Shown piece after piece: positions 14,527-15,282 of a stretch of DNA of 15,282 nt. Under the pieces are notes generated by a model. It ran no database searches. It had not been told where the DNA came from and saw only the letters and a list, made by a program, of their open reading frames with translations. Numbering within the stretch: the first letter of the stretch is position 1; every line of letters starts with the position of its first letter. A program made the position numbers and the translations under genes. The DNA comes from a virus (Duplodnaviria; Heunggongvirae; Uroviricota; Caudoviricetes). The stretch is from the IMG/VR virus record IMGVR_UViG_2740892031_000004; one strand, 5' to 3'.

Positions 14527-15243
14527 TCACCGCTGCTGCTCTCTGGTGGCGGTAATATCCCGGAGAATATCCCTGTGTTTGTTCAGTTCCCGCAGCGCAG
14601 CACAGACTCGCTCCCACTTCTGGACATCACTTTTCGCCCGGCGCAGCTCGCGGTTAGCCACATGCAGCGATGGTAGAATCAGGTCATCTGCTTTCATTTC
14701 GGTGATCGATGGCTGTAACCTCACAATGTCTTCCACGATTTCTGTTTTCATTTCTTCCTGTGCCATCATTTCCTGTACTGGTAACGCAACACCTGCTGGC
14801 TGAGGAAAGGCTTTACCATCGGTTTCCGCTACGGATGCAGCTTCCGGCTCTGCCGGTAAATCAGCGCCCGGTATGCAGTAACGAAATTTACCGCCCTGAT
14901 TCACGCGAATCAGACGCCCTTTGCTGATTGCCATGGCCAGCGATGAATTCGCCCGGCGCGAGGTAATCCCGAACATCAGTGCCAGCTCATCCGCCGTTTG
15001 TGGGCCATGTTGTTCAATCGCCTCAGTCAGCATTTGCGCTGTCACTTTCGGTACCGGTGACACCGGTTCACTTTCACCAGCCTGAATCAGCCACCACATC
15101 GAACCCTTGTTATCCGCTTCACCGCGGCGCTTCAGTTTCCACAGTTCGTTGACCGCATCTTCACGGCTGATTCCAAGGCGGGCCGCCACTACCTGTGAAG
15201 AGGCTCTTTTCAGTGCTTTCAGTGCGTCAGATACGGTTTCCAT
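14527..15243 (-). CDS. hypothetical phage protein (238 aa) with two winged-helix-like segments
   Basis: ATG at 15241-15243 with GGAGG SD. Segments [21 protein letters not shown] and [26 protein letters not shown] look like DNA-binding wHTH motifs; family not recognised. Confidence 0.65.
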   Translation of the reverse strand: METVSDALKALKRASSQVVAARLGISREDAVNELWKLKRRGEADNKGSMWWLIQAGESEPVSPVPKVTAQMLTEAIEQHGPQTADELALMFGITSRRANSSLAMAISKGRLIRVNQGGKFRYCIPGADLPAEPEAASVAETDGKAFPQPAGVALPVQEMMAQEEMKTEIVEDIVRLQPSITEMKADDLILPSLHVANRELRRAKSDVQKWERVCAALRELNKHRDILRDITATREQQR

Positions 15244-15282
15244 TAAAATTTCCTCCGGACAAAATTACTTCACAACCCTCAT

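Noticed and set aside
13168-14927. ORFs 13168-13401 (-), 13881-14108 (+), 13970-14167 (+), 14546-14803 (+), 14709-14927 (+)
   Set aside because: Alternate-frame or antisense shadows of the Ea22-like, DUF4406-like and 238-aa genes.
1-15282. CRISPR arrays, rRNA genes, integrase and att sites
   Set aside because: No regularly spaced direct repeats, no rRNA-like sequence, and no integrase-like ORF in the window. The only mobile element found is IS2.

Overview
This window reads as a lambdoid (Qin-like / Stx-phage-like) prophage segment of an enterobacterial host, most likely Escherichia coli. Almost every gene is on the minus strand, so the operon reads from high to low coordinates. In that order: early-region accessory genes (a 238-aa protein, a small HTH protein, a DUF4406-like protein, an Ea22-like protein); a complete IS2 (11659..12989, + strand) with a 5-bp GAGGG target duplication that splits a small gene; three tightly packed small genes; an AT-rich islet with a small membrane-peptide ORF; a hok-family toxin gene with its own terminator; a small rem-like ORF; a DUF968 (YdfU-like) protein; RusA; antiterminator Q with a tR'-like terminator; a roughly 1.3-kb cargo slot where Stx phages carry stx (no toxin gene here); a large NanS-p-type esterase; and a lysis cassette (phage-21-type pinholin, SAR endolysin, Rz/Rz1) ending in a lipoprotein with a TonB C-terminal domain. 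The most unusual feature is the lysis cassette itself: an unrecognised 296-aa gene sits between the pinholin and the endolysin, and two small membrane-protein ORFs sit between the endolysin and Rz. No rRNA, tRNA or CRISPR array was found. All protein assignments are from recalled motifs and family sequences read off the ORF translations; no database search was run.
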